A stretch of 63,992 nt of DNA, the filler included, from Limisphaerales bacterium (lineage in GTDB: Bacteria; Verrucomicrobiota; Verrucomicrobiia; Limisphaerales; SIBE01), in NCBI GenBank assembly GCA_044225505.1. It is 3 parts of 3 records of this genome, joined end to end, with 100 filler letters (N's around TTAATTAATTAA, not from the genome) between each part and the next. Parts side by side here need not be neighbours in the genome. Positions count along the whole stretch, not along the records: positions 1 to 23,999 come from JBGAIN010000128.1; 2 more parts are not named here. One strand, written 5' to 3'. Numbering within the stretch: position 1 is the stretch's first letter; each line of letters opens with the position of its first letter. The notes below the pieces were generated by a model, which had not been told where the DNA came from, made no database searches, and worked only from the letters and a program-made list of their open reading frames with translations. Below are positions 1 through 11,900 of the stretch, in pieces. Position numbers and translations under genes: made by a program.

Positions 1-3000
1 ATATCCTTCTCTTTGATACCATCAAAGACCGGGGTGGCAAACCTCAGGCCCAGAAGCTTGGCCGCCCAGCCTAGATGCGTCTCCAACACTTGGCCGACGT
101 TCATACGGGAAGGGACGCCCAGCGGATTCAAAACGATATCCACAGGGGTTCCGTCCGCCAGGAAGGGCATGTCTTCCTCAGGAACGATTTTCGCCACGAC
201 ACCCTTGTTACCGTGTCGTCCGGCCATCTTATCTCCAACGGACAGCTTTCGTTTCGAGGCAATATAGACCTTCACGGACTTGATAATTCCGGGATCGACG
301 TCGTCGCCCGCCTCGACACGCTCCATTTCTTCGTCGTGCTGCATCTGCAGGTCGTCGAACTTCTTCTTAAAGCTCCCGATGATCTCATTGATCTTGTTGC
401 GGATCGGCGATGGATCGATCTCGATTCGATCGTAAACACTCGCCAATTTGCGCAACAGCGTCTTGGTGATCTTCCGGTTGGCGGGAATGATGATCTCGCC
501 CGTCTCCGAATTGACAACATCGAGCGGAATCTTCTCGCCGAGCAGAATGTTGCTGAGAGCCTCGGTCAACTGCTCCCGCAGTTCATCGAGCTTGCTCTTG
601 TAGTCGTCCTCGACCTGTTTGGCGTGCTTCTTCGCTTCCGTCGGCGTTACTTTGTCACCGGCTCGCTCCGCCTCTTTCTTGGAAGAGACCTTGACATCCA
701 TCACAATGCCGTAGGTTCCGGACGGCACTTTGAGAGACGTATCCTTCACATCGGCTGCCTTTTCACCGAAAATAGCCCGCAACAATCGCTCCTCGGGTGC
801 GAGCTCCGTCTCACTCTTCGGAGTGATCTTGCCGACCAGAATGTCACCTGGTTTCACTTCGGCGCCGATTCGAATGACACCATCTGGCCCAAGATTCTTG
901 AGGGCTTCCTCACCCAGGTTGGGGATATCGCGCGTGATTTCCTCCGGTCCCAGCTTGGTATCGCGGGCTCCCACCTCGAATTCATCGATGTGGATCGACG
1001 TGAAGATATCATCTTTAACGATCCGTTCACTGATGAGGATGGCGTCTTCGAAGTTGTAACCGTTCCAAGGCATAAATGCGCACAGAACATTGCGCCCCAA
1101 GGCCAATTCTCCACCGGAGGTGCAAGGCCCGTCTGCGATGACCTGCCCCTTCTTCACGGTGTCGCCCTTCTGAATCAGAATCTTCTGATTAATACAAGTA
1201 GCCGCGTTTGATCGCATGAACTTACGAACGCTGTAGACATACGTATGTTCGGCGGGATCATTTTTGATCCGCTTCTTGCCTTCAGGGAGTTTGCCGTCCG
1301 CGGTGATGATGATTTGGCTGCCCGTGACCGAAGCCACCTTCCCCACCTCATCGGCGACGATCACCGCCCGAGAATCTCGTGCGACACGATCCTCCAGCCC
1401 AGTGGCGACGAAAGGCGCTTCCGTGACCAGCAACGGCACTGCTTGGCGTTGCATGTTGGAGCCCATGAGCGCGCGGTTGGCATCGTCATGCTCCAAGAAT
1501 GGAATGAGGCCGGCGGCCACGGAGACCAGTTGCTTCGGAGAAACATCCATGTAATCCACCCGAGCTGGCTCAACATCGATGAAGTCGCCCTTGCATCGGC
1601 ACATGACTTTTTCACTTAAGAAATGTCCCTTGTCATCAATCGTGGCATTGGCCTGAGCGACGATAAATGCTTCTTCACGATCGGCCGTGAGATATTCTAT
1701 GTGACTGGTCACACGACCCTTTTCCACCTTCCGGTAGGGCGTTTCAATGAAGCCGAAATCATTGACTCGGGCGAATGTCGCTAATGAGGCGATCAACCCA
1801 ATGTTGGGGCCTTCAGGGGTCTCAATCGGACAGATTCGCCCGTAGTGAGACGGGTGCACGTCACGCACTTCAAATCCGGCGCGATCTCGCGAAAGACCGC
1901 CTGGCCCAAGGGCTGACAGCCGGCGCTTATGGGTCAATTCCGCCAGAGGATTAATCTGATCCATGAACTGAGACAGTTGGCTGCGACCGAAAAAGTCGCG
2001 CACAACAGCAGAGAGCGCTTTTGGATTAATCAGTTTCTGCGGTGTCATCGAATCCATGCCCTGGTCAAAGAGCGTCATACGCTCCTTCACCAAACGCTCG
2101 GTGCGAGCCAAACCAACGCGGCACTGGTTGGCGAGCAATTCACCAACTGTCCGAATGCGGCGGCTGCCCAAATGATCAATATCATCCAGCGTTCCTTCAC
2201 CTTTCTTCAGTCGGAGAAGGTATTTTGTCGCTGCCACCAAGTCTTCTTTCGTCAGAATTCGGCTATCCTCATTTCCCTTCAAACCGAGCTTCTGCATGAT
2301 TTTGTAGCGTCCGACGCGTCCCAAGTCGTATCGCTTCGGATCGAAAAACAAACGCTTGATGAGAGCTCGCGCGTTGGCCGCGGTCGGTGGATCGCCCGGG
2401 CGCAAGCGCCGATAAATATCCTTTAACGCTTCCTCTTCGTTCTTGGTCGGATCCTTCTTTAGACACTTAATAACGATCCCATCATCGACCGTGGTATCGA
2501 CCACGCGAATCTTCGAAAGACCAAGCTCTGCAATCTGCTTCACCACGGCCTTAGACAAAGGCTCAAAAGCCCGCGCGACGACAATCCCTTTATCCGCGTC
2601 AACAGCGTCTTCGATGAGGACCTTGTTCTGGATGTTTTCCAGCCCTTCCGCTTCTTTTACCGTCAGTTCTTCGATATCGTAAAAGAGCTTCAAGATATCC
2701 GCGTCGGAGCTGTAACCGAGCGCCCGAAAGAACGTTGTCGTGAGAAACTTACGTCGGCGTTTTTTGCGATCGAGATAAACGTAGAGCAAATCACTCGTAT
2801 CGAACTGAGCCTCATACCAGGATCCGCGGTCAGGAATAATCCGGAAGGAATGTAAAGTTTTGCCGTTGGGATGCTGGGTGGCCTCGAAGGCTAACCCAGG
2901 GGAACGATGCAATTGGCTAACGATGACTCGTTCCGCGCCGTTAATGACGAAGGTTCCCTGCGGGGTCATGAGCGGGAGTTCCCCCATGAACACTTTTTCT

Positions 3001-3329
3001 TCCTTGGTGCCCTTTTCCTCTTTAAGGAGGAAAGTAACATGCAGCGGGGCACCATAAGTAATGCCTTCCCGGAGGCATTCGAGCCAGTCTTGCTTAGGCT
3101 CGCCAATCTCGTAGCTGTGATAATCAAGAACGGACTTGCCGTCGTAGCTTTCGATCGGGAAGACCTCAGTGAACACAGCTTGCAGCCCGATGTTCTTCCG
3201 GCGAGACGGAGCCAACTCCGCCTGCAAGAACTCACGATACGAATTGATTTGGACTTCGATCAGATTAGGAGGCGCGATGACTTCCTTGATCTTTCCGAAG
3301 TTAATACGTTCAGGTGCTCGCGATGGCAT
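1..3329 (-). CDS. rpoB: DNA-directed RNA polymerase beta subunit (3' end runs off the window)
   Basis: Minus-strand translation from ATG 3329 gives [27 protein letters not shown]..., with RpoB motifs [25 protein letters not shown] and [18 protein letters not shown]. It lies downstream of rplL. Confidence 0.98.
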   Translation of the reverse strand, partial: MPSRAPERINFGKIKEVIAPPNLIEVQINSYREFLQAELAPSRRKNIGLQAVFTEVFPIESYDGKSVLDYHSYEIGEPKQDWLECLREGITYGAPLHVTFLLKEEKGTKEEKVFMGELPLMTPQGTFVINGAERVIVSQLHRSPGLAFEATQHPNGKTLHSFRIIPDRGSWYEAQFDTSDLLYVYLDRKKRRRKFLTTTFFRALGYSSDADILKLFYDIEELTVKEAEGLENIQNKVLIEDAVDADKGIVVARAFEPLSKAVVKQIAELGLSKIRVVDTTVDDGIVIKCLKKDPTKNEEEALKDIYRRLRPGDPPTAANARALIKRLFFDPKRYDLGRVGRYKIMQKLGLKGNEDSRILTKEDLVAATKYLLRLKKGEGTLDDIDHLGSRRIRTVGELLANQCRVGLARTERLVKERMTLFDQGMDSMTPQKLINPKALSAVVRDFFGRSQLSQFMDQINPLAELTHKRRLSALGPGGLSRDRAGFEVRDVHPSHYGRICPIETPEGPNIGLIASLATFARVNDFGFIETPYRKVEKGRVTSHIEYLTADREEAFIVAQANATIDDKGHFLSEKVMCRCKGDFIDVEPARVDYMDVSPKQLVSVAAGLIPFLEHDDANRALMGSNMQRQAVPLLVTEAPFVATGLEDRVARDSRAVIVADEVGKVASVTGSQIIITADGKLPEGKKRIKNDPAEHTYVYSVRKFMRSNAATCINQKILIQKGDTVKKGQVIADGPCTSGGELALGRNVLCAFMPWNGYNFEDAILISERIVKDDIFTSIHIDEFEVGARDTKLGPEEITRDIPNLGEEALKNLGPDGVIRIGAEVKPGDILVGKITPKSETELAPEERLLRAIFGEKAADVKDTSLKVPSGTYGIVMDVKVSSKKEAERAGDKVTPTEAKKHAKQVEDDYKSKLDELREQLTEALSNILLGEKIPLDVVNSETGEIIIPANRKITKTLLRKLASVYDRIEIDPSPIRNKINEIIGSFKKKFDDLQMQHDEEMERVEAGDDVDPGIIKSVKVYIASKRKLSVGDKMAGRHGNKGVVAKIVPEEDMPFLADGTPVDIVLNPLGVPSRMNVGQVLETHLGWAAKLLGLRFATPVFDGIKEKD

Positions 3330-3491
3330 TTTAACCTCTTGCTATAGTTCACTCTGGCGACCGGCCAGACAGTTTTTTGGATAACGACACAATACCGGTG
3401 ATCCTGATGTCCTTCAGGATTTCACCGGTCAATCTGCTGAATTGGACTGAGATGACGCGTTTGCCCTAACAATGTCTCTGGGTTGTTCGGC

Positions 3492-3521
3492 AAAAGGGCG
3501 ACGAAGTTACTTCGCCGCCCT
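3492..3521 (-). terminator. Intrinsic terminator/attenuator between rplL and rpoB
   Basis: Minus strand reads AGGGCGGCGAAG-TAA-CTTCGTCGCCCT-TTT, a hairpin plus a short U-tract 16 nt after the rplL stop. Confidence 0.65.
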
Positions 3522-3537
3522 CTATCTTAATCCAGCT

Positions 3538-3930
3538 TTACTTTAGTTCAACTTTGGCACCGGCGTCTTCGAGCTTCTTCTTCGCCGCATCCGCGTCGGC
3601 CTTATTGGCACCTTCCAGCACAGGCTTCGGAGCTTCTTCAACCAATTTCTTGGCCTCAGCGAGCCCTAACCCCGCTTTGACTTCACGGACCGCCTTGATG
3701 ACAGCGATCTTCTTATCTGCAGGCACGGAAACCAACGTCACATCGAACGCGGTTTTCGCTTCGGCTGCAGGAGCTGCGGCAGCGCCAGCGGCGCCACCCC
3801 CTGCGGCGGCGACCGCAACCGGTGCGGCTGCCGTCACGCCCCAGGCGCTTTCCAGTTGTTTGACGAGGTCCGCGGCTTCGAGGACCGTTAATTTGCTCAG
3901 TTGATCTACAATTGCTGCTATATCTGCCAT
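3538..3930 (-). CDS. rplL: 50S ribosomal protein L7/L12
   Basis: [24 protein letters not shown]...[10 protein letters not shown]...[10 protein letters not shown], with GAAAGGAAAC upstream of ATG 3930. Confidence 0.97.
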   Translation of the reverse strand: MADIAAIVDQLSKLTVLEAADLVKQLESAWGVTAAAPVAVAAAGGGAAGAAAAPAAEAKTAFDVTLVSVPADKKIAVIKAVREVKAGLGLAEAKKLVEEAPKPVLEGANKADADAAKKKLEDAGAKVELK

Positions 3931-4084
3931 GTTTCCTTTCAGTCTCGTCGTCACCCAAGCTTAGGATGGATTAAGCCCACAGCCGTGAGCCGACGATTTA
4001 CTTTGTTGTGGTTGCTCCCATCGTCTGGCAACGACGACGGAAAATGAATCAAACCAGTGCCGGACAACTTCGCCGGCATCTCAT

Positions 4085-4612
4085 CTACTGCGCCGGCTCG
4101 GACGGAGTTTTGTCGGCTTTTGCCTTGATTACTCGCGCCAGTTGCGATCCTGGCGTATTGATAATCGCCGCCAACTTCGTGGCTGGCGCCTGCAAAACTC
4201 CCAAAAGCTTGCCCCGAAGCACTTCCAGCGAAGGCAAATCCGCCAACGCCAGCAAATCTTGCGTCTCAAGACGCTGACTGTTCAGGTAGCCAAACTTAAG
4301 TTTTGGCTTATCGAATTCAGCCTGAAAAGCCTTGATGACCTTGGCGGCTGCCGAGACGTCTTTTTGCCCGGTCACCACTGCCAATTGTCCCGCGAGAGTC
4401 CCAGCGAGGTCTGCCACGCCCGCCTCTTTCGCGGCGATTCGAAAGATGGAATTCTTAACCACGTGAATTTGCGATCCGGTCTTGCCGAGCCGCTTTCGCA
4501 ATTCCGTAAAGTGACCCACTGTCAGGCCGCGATAATCGACGACCATGAAGAAAGGCGAGGCATTCAACCGCGCCGCATACTCCTGACCAATAAATTGTTT
4601 TTCAGTGCGCAT
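4085..4612 (-). CDS. rplJ: 50S ribosomal protein L10
   Basis: VDYRGLTV...VVKN...LADLPS motifs and synteny. Confidence 0.97.
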   Translation of the reverse strand: MRTEKQFIGQEYAARLNASPFFMVVDYRGLTVGHFTELRKRLGKTGSQIHVVKNSIFRIAAKEAGVADLAGTLAGQLAVVTGQKDVSAAAKVIKAFQAEFDKPKLKFGYLNSQRLETQDLLALADLPSLEVLRGKLLGVLQAPATKLAAIINTPGSQLARVIKAKADKTPSEPAQ

Positions 4613-4634
4613 GGGATGAAAGAGTGTTGATTGC

Positions 4635-5333
4635 TCAGGCGGCCGTCGCGTGCTCCCGCATATCCAACGCTATGGGCGGGCTCATCGTCGCGGATAATGT
4701 GCAGCTTTGAATGAAGTGACCTTTAACACTGTGTGGTCGAGCCTTCACCACCGCATCGATGACGGAACGAGCATTTTCCGTTATCTGACTCGCCGTGAAC
4801 GAGACTTTGCCGACTGGAACATGAATATTCCCTGCCTTGTCCACCTTAAACTCAACCCGGCCCGCCTTAACTTCCTTAACCGCCTTGGCCGTGTCGTCCG
4901 TCACTGTGCCGGTCTTAGGATTGGGCATTAAGCCGCGCGGCCCCAGCACTTTTCCCAACTTACGCACTTCCGCCATGGCGTCCGGTGTTGCGATCGCGAC
5001 ATCAAAGTCGGCCCATCCTTCATTGCACTTCTTGATCAAGTCATCATACCCGACAAATTCCGCCCCTGCGGCCCGAGCCGCGTCAGCCGCCGCCTGGTTT
5101 TTCGCAAACACCAGTACTTTGACCGTCTTTCCACTCCCGTGGGGCAGAGGAACCGTCCCTCGAACCATCTGGTCCGACTGCTTTGGATCGACGCCTAATT
5201 TGAAGGCCAGATCGACCGTTTCATTGAATTTTGCTTTGGGAAGCTTGACGAGAAGTTCCACGGCAGACTCGAGCGAGTAAGGCTTTTTCGAGTCGACCAT
5301 TTCGAGGGCTTTACGATATCGTTTGCTTGGCAT
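4635..5333 (-). CDS. rplA: 50S ribosomal protein L1
   Basis: KFNETVDL...DQMVRGTVPLPHG...LGPRGLMPNPKTGTVT. Confidence 0.98.
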   Translation of the reverse strand: MPSKRYRKALEMVDSKKPYSLESAVELLVKLPKAKFNETVDLAFKLGVDPKQSDQMVRGTVPLPHGSGKTVKVLVFAKNQAAADAARAAGAEFVGYDDLIKKCNEGWADFDVAIATPDAMAEVRKLGKVLGPRGLMPNPKTGTVTDDTAKAVKEVKAGRVEFKVDKAGNIHVPVGKVSFTASQITENARSVIDAVVKARPHSVKGHFIQSCTLSATMSPPIALDMREHATAA

Positions 5334-5343
5334 GTGACAGGTT

Positions 5344-5377
5344 GCGGTGCTAACGGACCTATCCGAGGCCCTCCCGC
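5344..5377 (-). promoter_or_regulatory. Putative L1-binding autoregulatory mRNA site upstream of rplA
   Basis: Minus strand GCGGGAGGGCCT...AGGTCCGTTAGCACCGC lies 10 nt before the rplA ATG. It resembles the GGGAG / CCGyTA..ACC asymmetric-loop L1 site known upstream of rplA in other bacteria. Confidence 0.6.
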
Positions 5378-5470
5378 GTTTATTTTAGCTTCTGGTTTTT
5401 GCTTCGTGACAACTCAGGACGCGAATCAGGAATCTATTCTGACGGTGCGTCTTGAAAATTTGTTCAATCG

Positions 5471-5896
5471 TTATCCTTGGACTTCGATTCCCATACTACG
5501 GGCGGTTCCCGCAACCACTCGGAAAGCAGCTTCCTCATCCGTTGCATTTAGGTCCTTGAGTTTCAATTTGACAATCTCCTGGACCTGTTTCCGGGTCACC
5601 TTGCCGACCTTGTCTTTGTTGGGCGCTTTGGAGCCGGAGGCGATGCCGGCAGCCTTCTTCAGGAGAATGGAAGCCGGCGGCGACTTGGTGATGAACGTGA
5701 ATGACTTATCTTGGTAAACAGTGATCACCACCGGGATGATCATGCCAGCCTGGTCGCGCGTTGCGGCATTAAACTCTTTGCAAAACGCCATGATGTTGAC
5801 GCCCTGCTGACCCAGAGCCGGACCGACGGGCGGGGCTGGGTTAGCCTGCCCTGCCGGGATTTGCAGCTTGATTTGTCCAACGATCTTTTTTGCCAT
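5471..5896 (-). CDS. rplK: 50S ribosomal protein L11
   Basis: [30 protein letters not shown]... Confidence 0.98.
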   Translation of the reverse strand: MAKKIVGQIKLQIPAGQANPAPPVGPALGQQGVNIMAFCKEFNAATRDQAGMIIPVVITVYQDKSFTFITKSPPASILLKKAAGIASGSKAPNKDKVGKVTRKQVQEIVKLKLKDLNATDEEAAFRVVAGTARSMGIEVQG

Positions 5897-5947
5897 ATCA
5901 ATTTGTGCCCGCGTCAAGCGAGCGAAAGAGCCTTTGGGTCGTCCGGG

Positions 5948-6502
5948 TTAAGCCTTTTCGACCTGCCAATATTCCAATTCTACAGGAGTGTTTCGCCCGA
6001 AGATGTTCACTGTGACCTTGAGCTTGCCCCGTTCCGGCTCGATCTCCTCGATGACGCCGCTGAAGTTCAAGAAAGGTCCATCATTGATCTTGATGGTCTC
6101 GCCAACTTCAAATTGGACTTTTGGTTTCTCTCGATCTTCCGAGTCCGAGATCTGGGCTTTGATCGAATCGATCTCGTCCGGCGCCGCCGGAGTGGGGCGT
6201 TCGCCTCCCACGAATCCGATGATGCCCTGAGTATCGCGGATAAAATACCAAGGTTTCTCAATGACCCGTTTGTTGTCGTCCAGCAACACCATGTCAATAA
6301 AGACGTATCCTGGATAAAGCTTGCGTGTGGTGACGGTTTTCTTTCCACCCCGCACCTCGGCCACTTTCTCCATCGGCACCAGAACTTCACGGATGAAATC
6401 CGTCATCTCCTCCGTCTTGATGCGTTTCTCGATACTATCTTTGACCTTTTGCTCTTGGCCGGACAAGGTGTGAATGACAAACCACTGGCTCCGCATATGC
6501 AT
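5948..6502 (-). CDS. nusG: Transcription termination/antitermination factor NusG
   Basis: WFVIHTLSGQE...LYPGYVF... followed by the KOW domain GPFLNFSG...IFGRNTPVEL. Confidence 0.98.
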   Translation of the reverse strand: MHMRSQWFVIHTLSGQEQKVKDSIEKRIKTEEMTDFIREVLVPMEKVAEVRGGKKTVTTRKLYPGYVFIDMVLLDDNKRVIEKPWYFIRDTQGIIGFVGGERPTPAAPDEIDSIKAQISDSEDREKPKVQFEVGETIKINDGPFLNFSGVIEEIEPERGKLKVTVNIFGRNTPVELEYWQVEKA

Positions 6503-6510
6503 CTTTCGGT

Positions 6511-6771
6511 TCAGGTGATAAAGCGGACCAGGAGTGAGATCACAAAGTCAATTCCCACGACAAAGCCTCCGAGAAGGAGAATCGTGGTCATGATCACCAG
6601 GGTTGAACCCTTGAGTTCGTCCACTGAAGGCCAAGTGCACTTTCGCAACTCTTCGCGAGTCTCCATGACGTAGTTGGAGATGCGCAAGAGGTAGCCTTTC
6701 CACCAGAGCACGCCGAAGGCGACCCCAATGACCAGGACCCAAATGACCAGTTTGACTAGATCGTTATTCAC
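6511..6771 (-). CDS. secE: Preprotein translocase subunit SecE
   Basis: ELRKCTWPS motif followed by a TM segment, directly upstream of nusG. GTG start. Confidence 0.93.
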   Translation of the reverse strand: MNNDLVKLVIWVLVIGVAFGVLWWKGYLLRISNYVMETREELRKCTWPSVDELKGSTLVIMTTILLLGGFVVGIDFVISLLVRFIT

Positions 6772-6778
6772 AACATTA

Positions 6779-6866
6779 TGGCGGAGGGGGAGGGATTCGA
6801 ACCCCCGAAGGTTTAAGCCTTAACGGTTTTCAAGACCGTCGCGATAGACCACTCTGCCACCCCTCC
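6779..6866 (-). tRNA. tRNA-Ser(TGA)
   Basis: GGAGGGGTGGCAGAGTGG...GACGGTC-TTGAA-AACCGTT, long variable arm, GGTTCGAATCC...CCA; 88 nt. Confidence 0.95.
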
Positions 6867-6893
6867 CGCTCTGTCTTTGTTCTGTATGGCAGT

Positions 6894-6969
6894 TGGCAGG
6901 GCGTGAGGGACTCGAACCCCCAACCGACGGTTTTGGAGACCGCTACTCTACCAATTGAGCTAACGCCCT
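6894..6969 (-). tRNA. tRNA-Trp(CCA)
   Basis: AGGGCGTTAGCTCAATTGGTAGAG...GCGGT-CTCCAAA-ACCGT...GTTCGAGTCC...GCCA; 76 nt. Confidence 0.96.
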
Positions 6970-7047
6970 GTGCGCCGATTGTTTTGTCCCGCCATGCAGC
7001 AGTTTATGCTCGAAAGTGCCAGCCAATCGCTCGATCGCCAGCCCGAC

Positions 7048-8238
7048 TTAGGTGATAATATCCGTCACACGACCGGCACCAATGGTGCGACCGCCTTCGC
7101 GGATCGCGAAACGTTGTCCACGTTCCATAGCCACCGGAGCGATCACCGTGACTTCAACCGAAACATTATCCCCAGGCATCACCATTTCGACCCCCTGCGG
7201 CAGGGCCACCGTTCCGGTTACGTCTGTCGTCCGGAAATAGAACTGCGGGCGATAATTCGTGAAGAACGGTGTATGGCGCCCACCTTCTTCCTTCGACAGA
7301 ACGTAAACTTCCGCCTTGAAGTTGGTATGCGGCGTGATCGTGCCCGGCTTGGCCAACACCATACCGCGCTCAACTTCTTCCTTCTTGGTGCCGCGCAGCA
7401 GCACGCCGACGTTATCGCCAGCGCTCGCCTTGTCCAGCAACTTCCGGAACATTTCAATGTCGGTCGCCGTGGTCTTACGCGTGTCGCGCAATCCGACGAT
7501 CTCCACTTCCGACATCTTGTTCAATTCGCCACGTTCCACACGTCCGGTCACCACCGTTCCACGACCTTCAATGTTGAACACGTCTTCGATGCACATCAGG
7601 AACGGCTTATCCACTTCACGGACTGGCAGCGGGATGTGCTTGTCAATCGCGTCCATCAATTCTTGAATGGCCTTGTCGCCTTCGGGCTTATTGGCCATGG
7701 CCGCGGCCGAACTGCCGCGCACGACCGGGGTCGTGTCTCCAGGGAATTGGTACTTGTTCAGCAAATCACGGATTTCCATCTCGACCAGGTCGAGCAATTC
7801 CGGGTCATCAACCAAGTCCACCTTGTTCAGGAAGACAACGACCGCTGGCACACCGACCTGGCGAGCCAAAAGGATATGTTCACGGGTCTGAGGCATCGGA
7901 CCATCCGCGGCACTCACGACCAAAATCGCTCCGTCCATCTGAGCGGCACCCGTGATCATGTTCTTCACATAATCCGCGTGTCCAGGGCAGTCCACGTGCG
8001 CGTAATGGCGGGTGTCCGTCTCGTACTCAACGTGCGACACGGCAATGGTCACCGTTTTAGTCGCGTCACGGACGGTGCCACCTTTGGTGATGTCCGCGTA
8101 CGAAATCGGCTTCGCAAAGCCTTTCTTGGATTGCACATGGACGATCGCAGCAGTCAAGGTGGATTTACCATGATCGACGTGGCCAATCGTCCCGACATTG
8201 ACGTGCGGTTTTGTTCTTTGAAATGATTCTTTAGCCAT
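7048..8238 (-). CDS. tuf: Elongation factor Tu
   Basis: [33 protein letters not shown]; 396 aa. Confidence 0.99.
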   Translation of the reverse strand: MAKESFQRTKPHVNVGTIGHVDHGKSTLTAAIVHVQSKKGFAKPISYADITKGGTVRDATKTVTIAVSHVEYETDTRHYAHVDCPGHADYVKNMITGAAQMDGAILVVSAADGPMPQTREHILLARQVGVPAVVVFLNKVDLVDDPELLDLVEMEIRDLLNKYQFPGDTTPVVRGSSAAAMANKPEGDKAIQELMDAIDKHIPLPVREVDKPFLMCIEDVFNIEGRGTVVTGRVERGELNKMSEVEIVGLRDTRKTTATDIEMFRKLLDKASAGDNVGVLLRGTKKEEVERGMVLAKPGTITPHTNFKAEVYVLSKEEGGRHTPFFTNYRPQFYFRTTDVTGTVALPQGVEMVMPGDNVSVEVTVIAPVAMERGQRFAIREGGRTIGAGRVTDIIT

Positions 8239-8281
8239 TGCTGTGTTCTGATTTAATGTTTGCTGCTCTTCAACCCAAAAC

Positions 8282-8357
8282 TGGAGCCCATGATCAGGCT
8301 TGAACTGATGACCTCATCCTTACCAAGGATGTGCTCTACCAACTGAGCTACATGGGC
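8282..8357 (-). tRNA. tRNA-Thr(GGT)
   Basis: GCCCATGTAGCTCAGTTGGTAGAGC...CATCC-TTGGTAA-GGATG...CCA; 76 nt. Confidence 0.96.
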
Positions 8358-8485
8358 ATATTAGCTGCCGAGTCCAGATCCTCGATGTTAAAAACGACAA
8401 AAAAACCCAGAAATCCCAACATCCTTCGCAAAAAGCGAGTGGGATTAATGGCGTCTACCGCTTCACAAACCAATTATTGTGTCCG

Positions 8486-8513
8486 AATATAGGTTTCCCC
8501 GAATACGTGTCAA
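8486..8513 (-). promoter_or_regulatory. sigma70 promoter of the tRNA-Thr/tuf operon
   Basis: Minus strand TTGACA-16 nt-TATATT. A 16-nt spacer is typical of stable-RNA promoters. Confidence 0.7.
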
Positions 8514-8709
8514 TGGTTTTTCTGAACATTCTTTCAGCGATCCCCTTCCCTTCCAAGTCTCTCATCCCTAACACCTAGCTCGGCTGTAAAATGCTCCTTT
8601 CCTTCACATTTCCACCCCCCACCCGACACGTTGTCCTCAGTGGTTTTCCCACCGGCAACCCAGTCCTCCGACGCTGCTGCCACCCACTTCGTTCCCTTCT
8701 TTATGGAGC

Positions 8710-8728
8710 CGTCCGCAATTTGCGGACA
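8710..8728. promoter_or_regulatory. Intergenic palindrome, copy 1 (candidate operator)
   Basis: CGTCCGCAATTTGCGGACA, the exact reverse complement of 22691-22709. Confidence 0.45.
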
Positions 8729-8974
8729 AATACTCTTCCCCACCTTCCCCCGTTTCTAATCACTGAATCCCCTTCTAGCGGCGTGGCGAACCCACACTGC
8801 ACTCGACTCTTCCGCGCCGAATGCGTCGCAGGCCCGGCGAACGATCTTTAAGCCGCGGCGACCTTCGACTCCGTCTCCCCTTTCTCTGAGTGAGCATCGT
8901 CCAATTTCTCCCGCCCTACGGCGCTGCTAACCTGGAGCAAGGCGCCGATCAAACTCCGGGCGTTTAAAGCGGTT

Positions 8975-11900
8975 TTAGGGTGCAGAAACCTGGACTCGGA
9001 AAAAGCGATGAGTTGGCCCCCGAATCTGCACAAACACTTGCCTGGTGCCGTCACCTAAAACAGTGCTGAGCGCTTGCCATGGCCTTCCCGACAACGACGT
9101 TGTCGTTTCGAGCGAGTAAGACTTCCCTGGCAAAGTGCGTAACGAAAGCTCGATTTTCCCTTCCGCCGACGGCTCAAGGCGGAGCCGCGCGTCGCTGGGA
9201 TTGTCGGGGTCGAGTAATGCGATCCTGCTCCTGGCCGCGCCGTCGAACGTCGTAAAACCGCCGGAAATGGCTATTTCCCCATCGCCACGGGTCGCGATCC
9301 CGTAAGAATTTCCAACGCCGTTGTCAGGTCCCGAGCCCGGATCGAACGTGGGGTCAACGACACCGGCCGCCGTCAGGCGCGCCAATCCTATTCGACGGAT
9401 CCCCGCTACTGAGGTGAATCTGCCAGCGACCAGCAGCGCCCCGTCCGGCAAGGTTACAATCTGATCGATAGGAGCGTCCGCGGTCAGTTGCCCGCTGAAA
9501 CTCGGGTCGAGGGTTAGATCCGCGTTGAGTTGAACGAGCTGGTGTGGGCCTGCATCTTCAAGCCAAACCGTAACCGCGGCGAGAAGTTTCCCATTCGACG
9601 CGACGGCGAGAGCACGAACCTCGCGATCATAGTCTCGCAGGATCGAGGGATTGGGAATGGTGTGGTCCCAGGTGCCATCCGCCTTAAAGCGGGCGACCCC
9701 AGGGCGATACCAAGAGCCGCTGACGCGCTCACTCAACGGACCGCGCGCCCACACATAGCCATCCGCTGGCAGGACGATCTGTTCCACCCGCACATCGAGG
9801 TTTGGCTGTCCCGAATCCATGATCGCATCGCCAGGATCAAACGTGGCGTCCAGCGTGCCGTCCGGATGAAGGCGGGCCAGGTGACTGCGATGGATGCCAT
9901 TGACAGTGTTGAAAGTGCCGCCAATCAAGATTTTGCCGTCTGCCTGAAGCGCGATGGCCCAGACCGTTGCGGTATCGCCCGCAATGAGGACGTTGAGGGG
10001 ACCGCCCGTAACACCGGTCGCCTTGAAACTCGTATCGACGCTTCCATCCTGATTCAACCGCGCCAGACACGGATAACGGATCCCGCTCACGGTCTCAAAA
10101 GCCCCACCGATCAATACTTTACCTCTCGGTTGGGCCACGATTACCTTGATGCTCGTGAGGGACCGGCCATTCGGTCCGGGCACCCAAGGTCCACCCCTTA
10201 CCCCGACGCCGGGGTCGAACGAGGGATCGACCTCTCCGTTGGGCAGCAGCCGTGCGATTTGGTTACGCTGAACGCCATCGAAACTACTGAAATCGCCAGC
10301 CACGAGCCATTTGCCACCGGCTGTCGCTAGAATCGACGTTATCGCCGGCGGAAGGATCGGCGGGCTTGAGCTGGCAATCTCTGGGCCATCCCCTGGGTCG
10401 AACGCAGGATCAACAATCCCGGCGGGTGCGACGGTCAAGACTGCGTCCTCGCTCGTGACGGTTCCGAACTCACTGGTCACTACAACGCGGTATTCTCCAG
10501 CTGCCGCCAACCGAACATTCCTCAGCACGATGACGTCATTCGTCGCCGCCACCAAGTTTGTCCCATTTCGTTGCCACTGGTAAGCGAGCGGCGCCGCGTT
10601 CGTCGCCGTCACGGACAAGACGACATTTGCGCCCTCGCGAACGCTCTGGCTTTGGGGCGGGCTGACGATCTTTGGCGGCGTCCCCAGGATCACTCGAACA
10701 ACCGCCACCGAGCTGGTCACGGCACCAAAACTATTCGATACGAAGACAGAGTAATCCCCCCTATTTGTGCTGGTGAGGTTCGGCAGGACGAGGGTGGCAT
10801 TGGTAGCCTGCGACAGTGGCTGACCGTTCCAGAGCCATTGATAGATTGGCGCCGGGTTCGCTGCGACCCGGACCGTCAGCGCGATGCTCTGGCCGATGGC
10901 GGCAATCCCGCCGACCGGCGGGAACAAGATGTCCGGCGGAGCTAACGGTTCTCCTCCAATGAATCGGGCAATTCGACTCCGGACCACGCCTTGAAGGTTG
11001 GTAAAGGTTCCACCCACGAGGATATTGCCATCCGGCTGCACGGCAATAGCTTGAATGGTGTTCGCCGGGGTGGTCGTCGCAAATCGGGAATCCGGTCGGC
11101 CATCCGGGTGCATTCGGTAGAACGAGGGAGCGTGGAAGGTGCCCTGCGAATCGTAGGAGCTGCCGGACGCAACCAGGATTTTACCGTTGGGCTGCAACGC
11201 AAAGGTCTCCACGGCATTCGCGGCCACTCTCCCGTTGACTACGTTTGTATCGACGGCCCCGTCCGGCAGAAGTAACGCCAAACCACCGCCCGAATGCGCG
11301 TAGGGTCCAATCTGAATGGCGCCCGTCACGATTCGCCGATCAGGAAGTTCAAAGGCTATTTGAAACGCTTCCTCCGCCAGGAACCCGCGCGCTTTCGACC
11401 CGTCCGGACGCAAGCGAAGCAGGAAATTGAATGGACTATTGAAGCCGCCCACGTTGATGGTTGTCAGTCCTGAGATGAGCCAATCTCCGTTGGCCGTGAC
11501 CGATCCCGCGGTGAGATCCAGCAACGGGCCTGGCACACCTTGCAGTTCCAAGGGTGGTTTGAAGCTTGAATCCCGCGTGCCGTCGGCGTTTAGCAGCACT
11601 CCCGGACGGCGAGTGAGCACTCGCCCATCCCCCAGTAACAAGACAGCGCCCTCGACATCGGCCGGTGGAACGTAATTCGCGTCGATTCTCCCATCCGATT
11701 CCATCCGAACCAAGCCAGGACGCGCCACGCCGTTATAGTTGGTGAAGTAACCGGCCGCCATAATGTGCCCGTCCAGTTGCTCGGCCAGCAGAGTAAACAA
11801 GGCAAACGGTTCGGTTACCAGGGACGGTGGACGAAGATGGGATACAAATTCAAACCCTGTCCCCGGGTCAAATGTGAAGTCCAACTGCCCATCAGCGCGG

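Noticed and set aside
75..3384. Long plus-strand ORFs over rpoB, and similar ones over tuf, nusG, nifD and actB
   Set aside because: Antisense shadows of conserved minus-strand genes.
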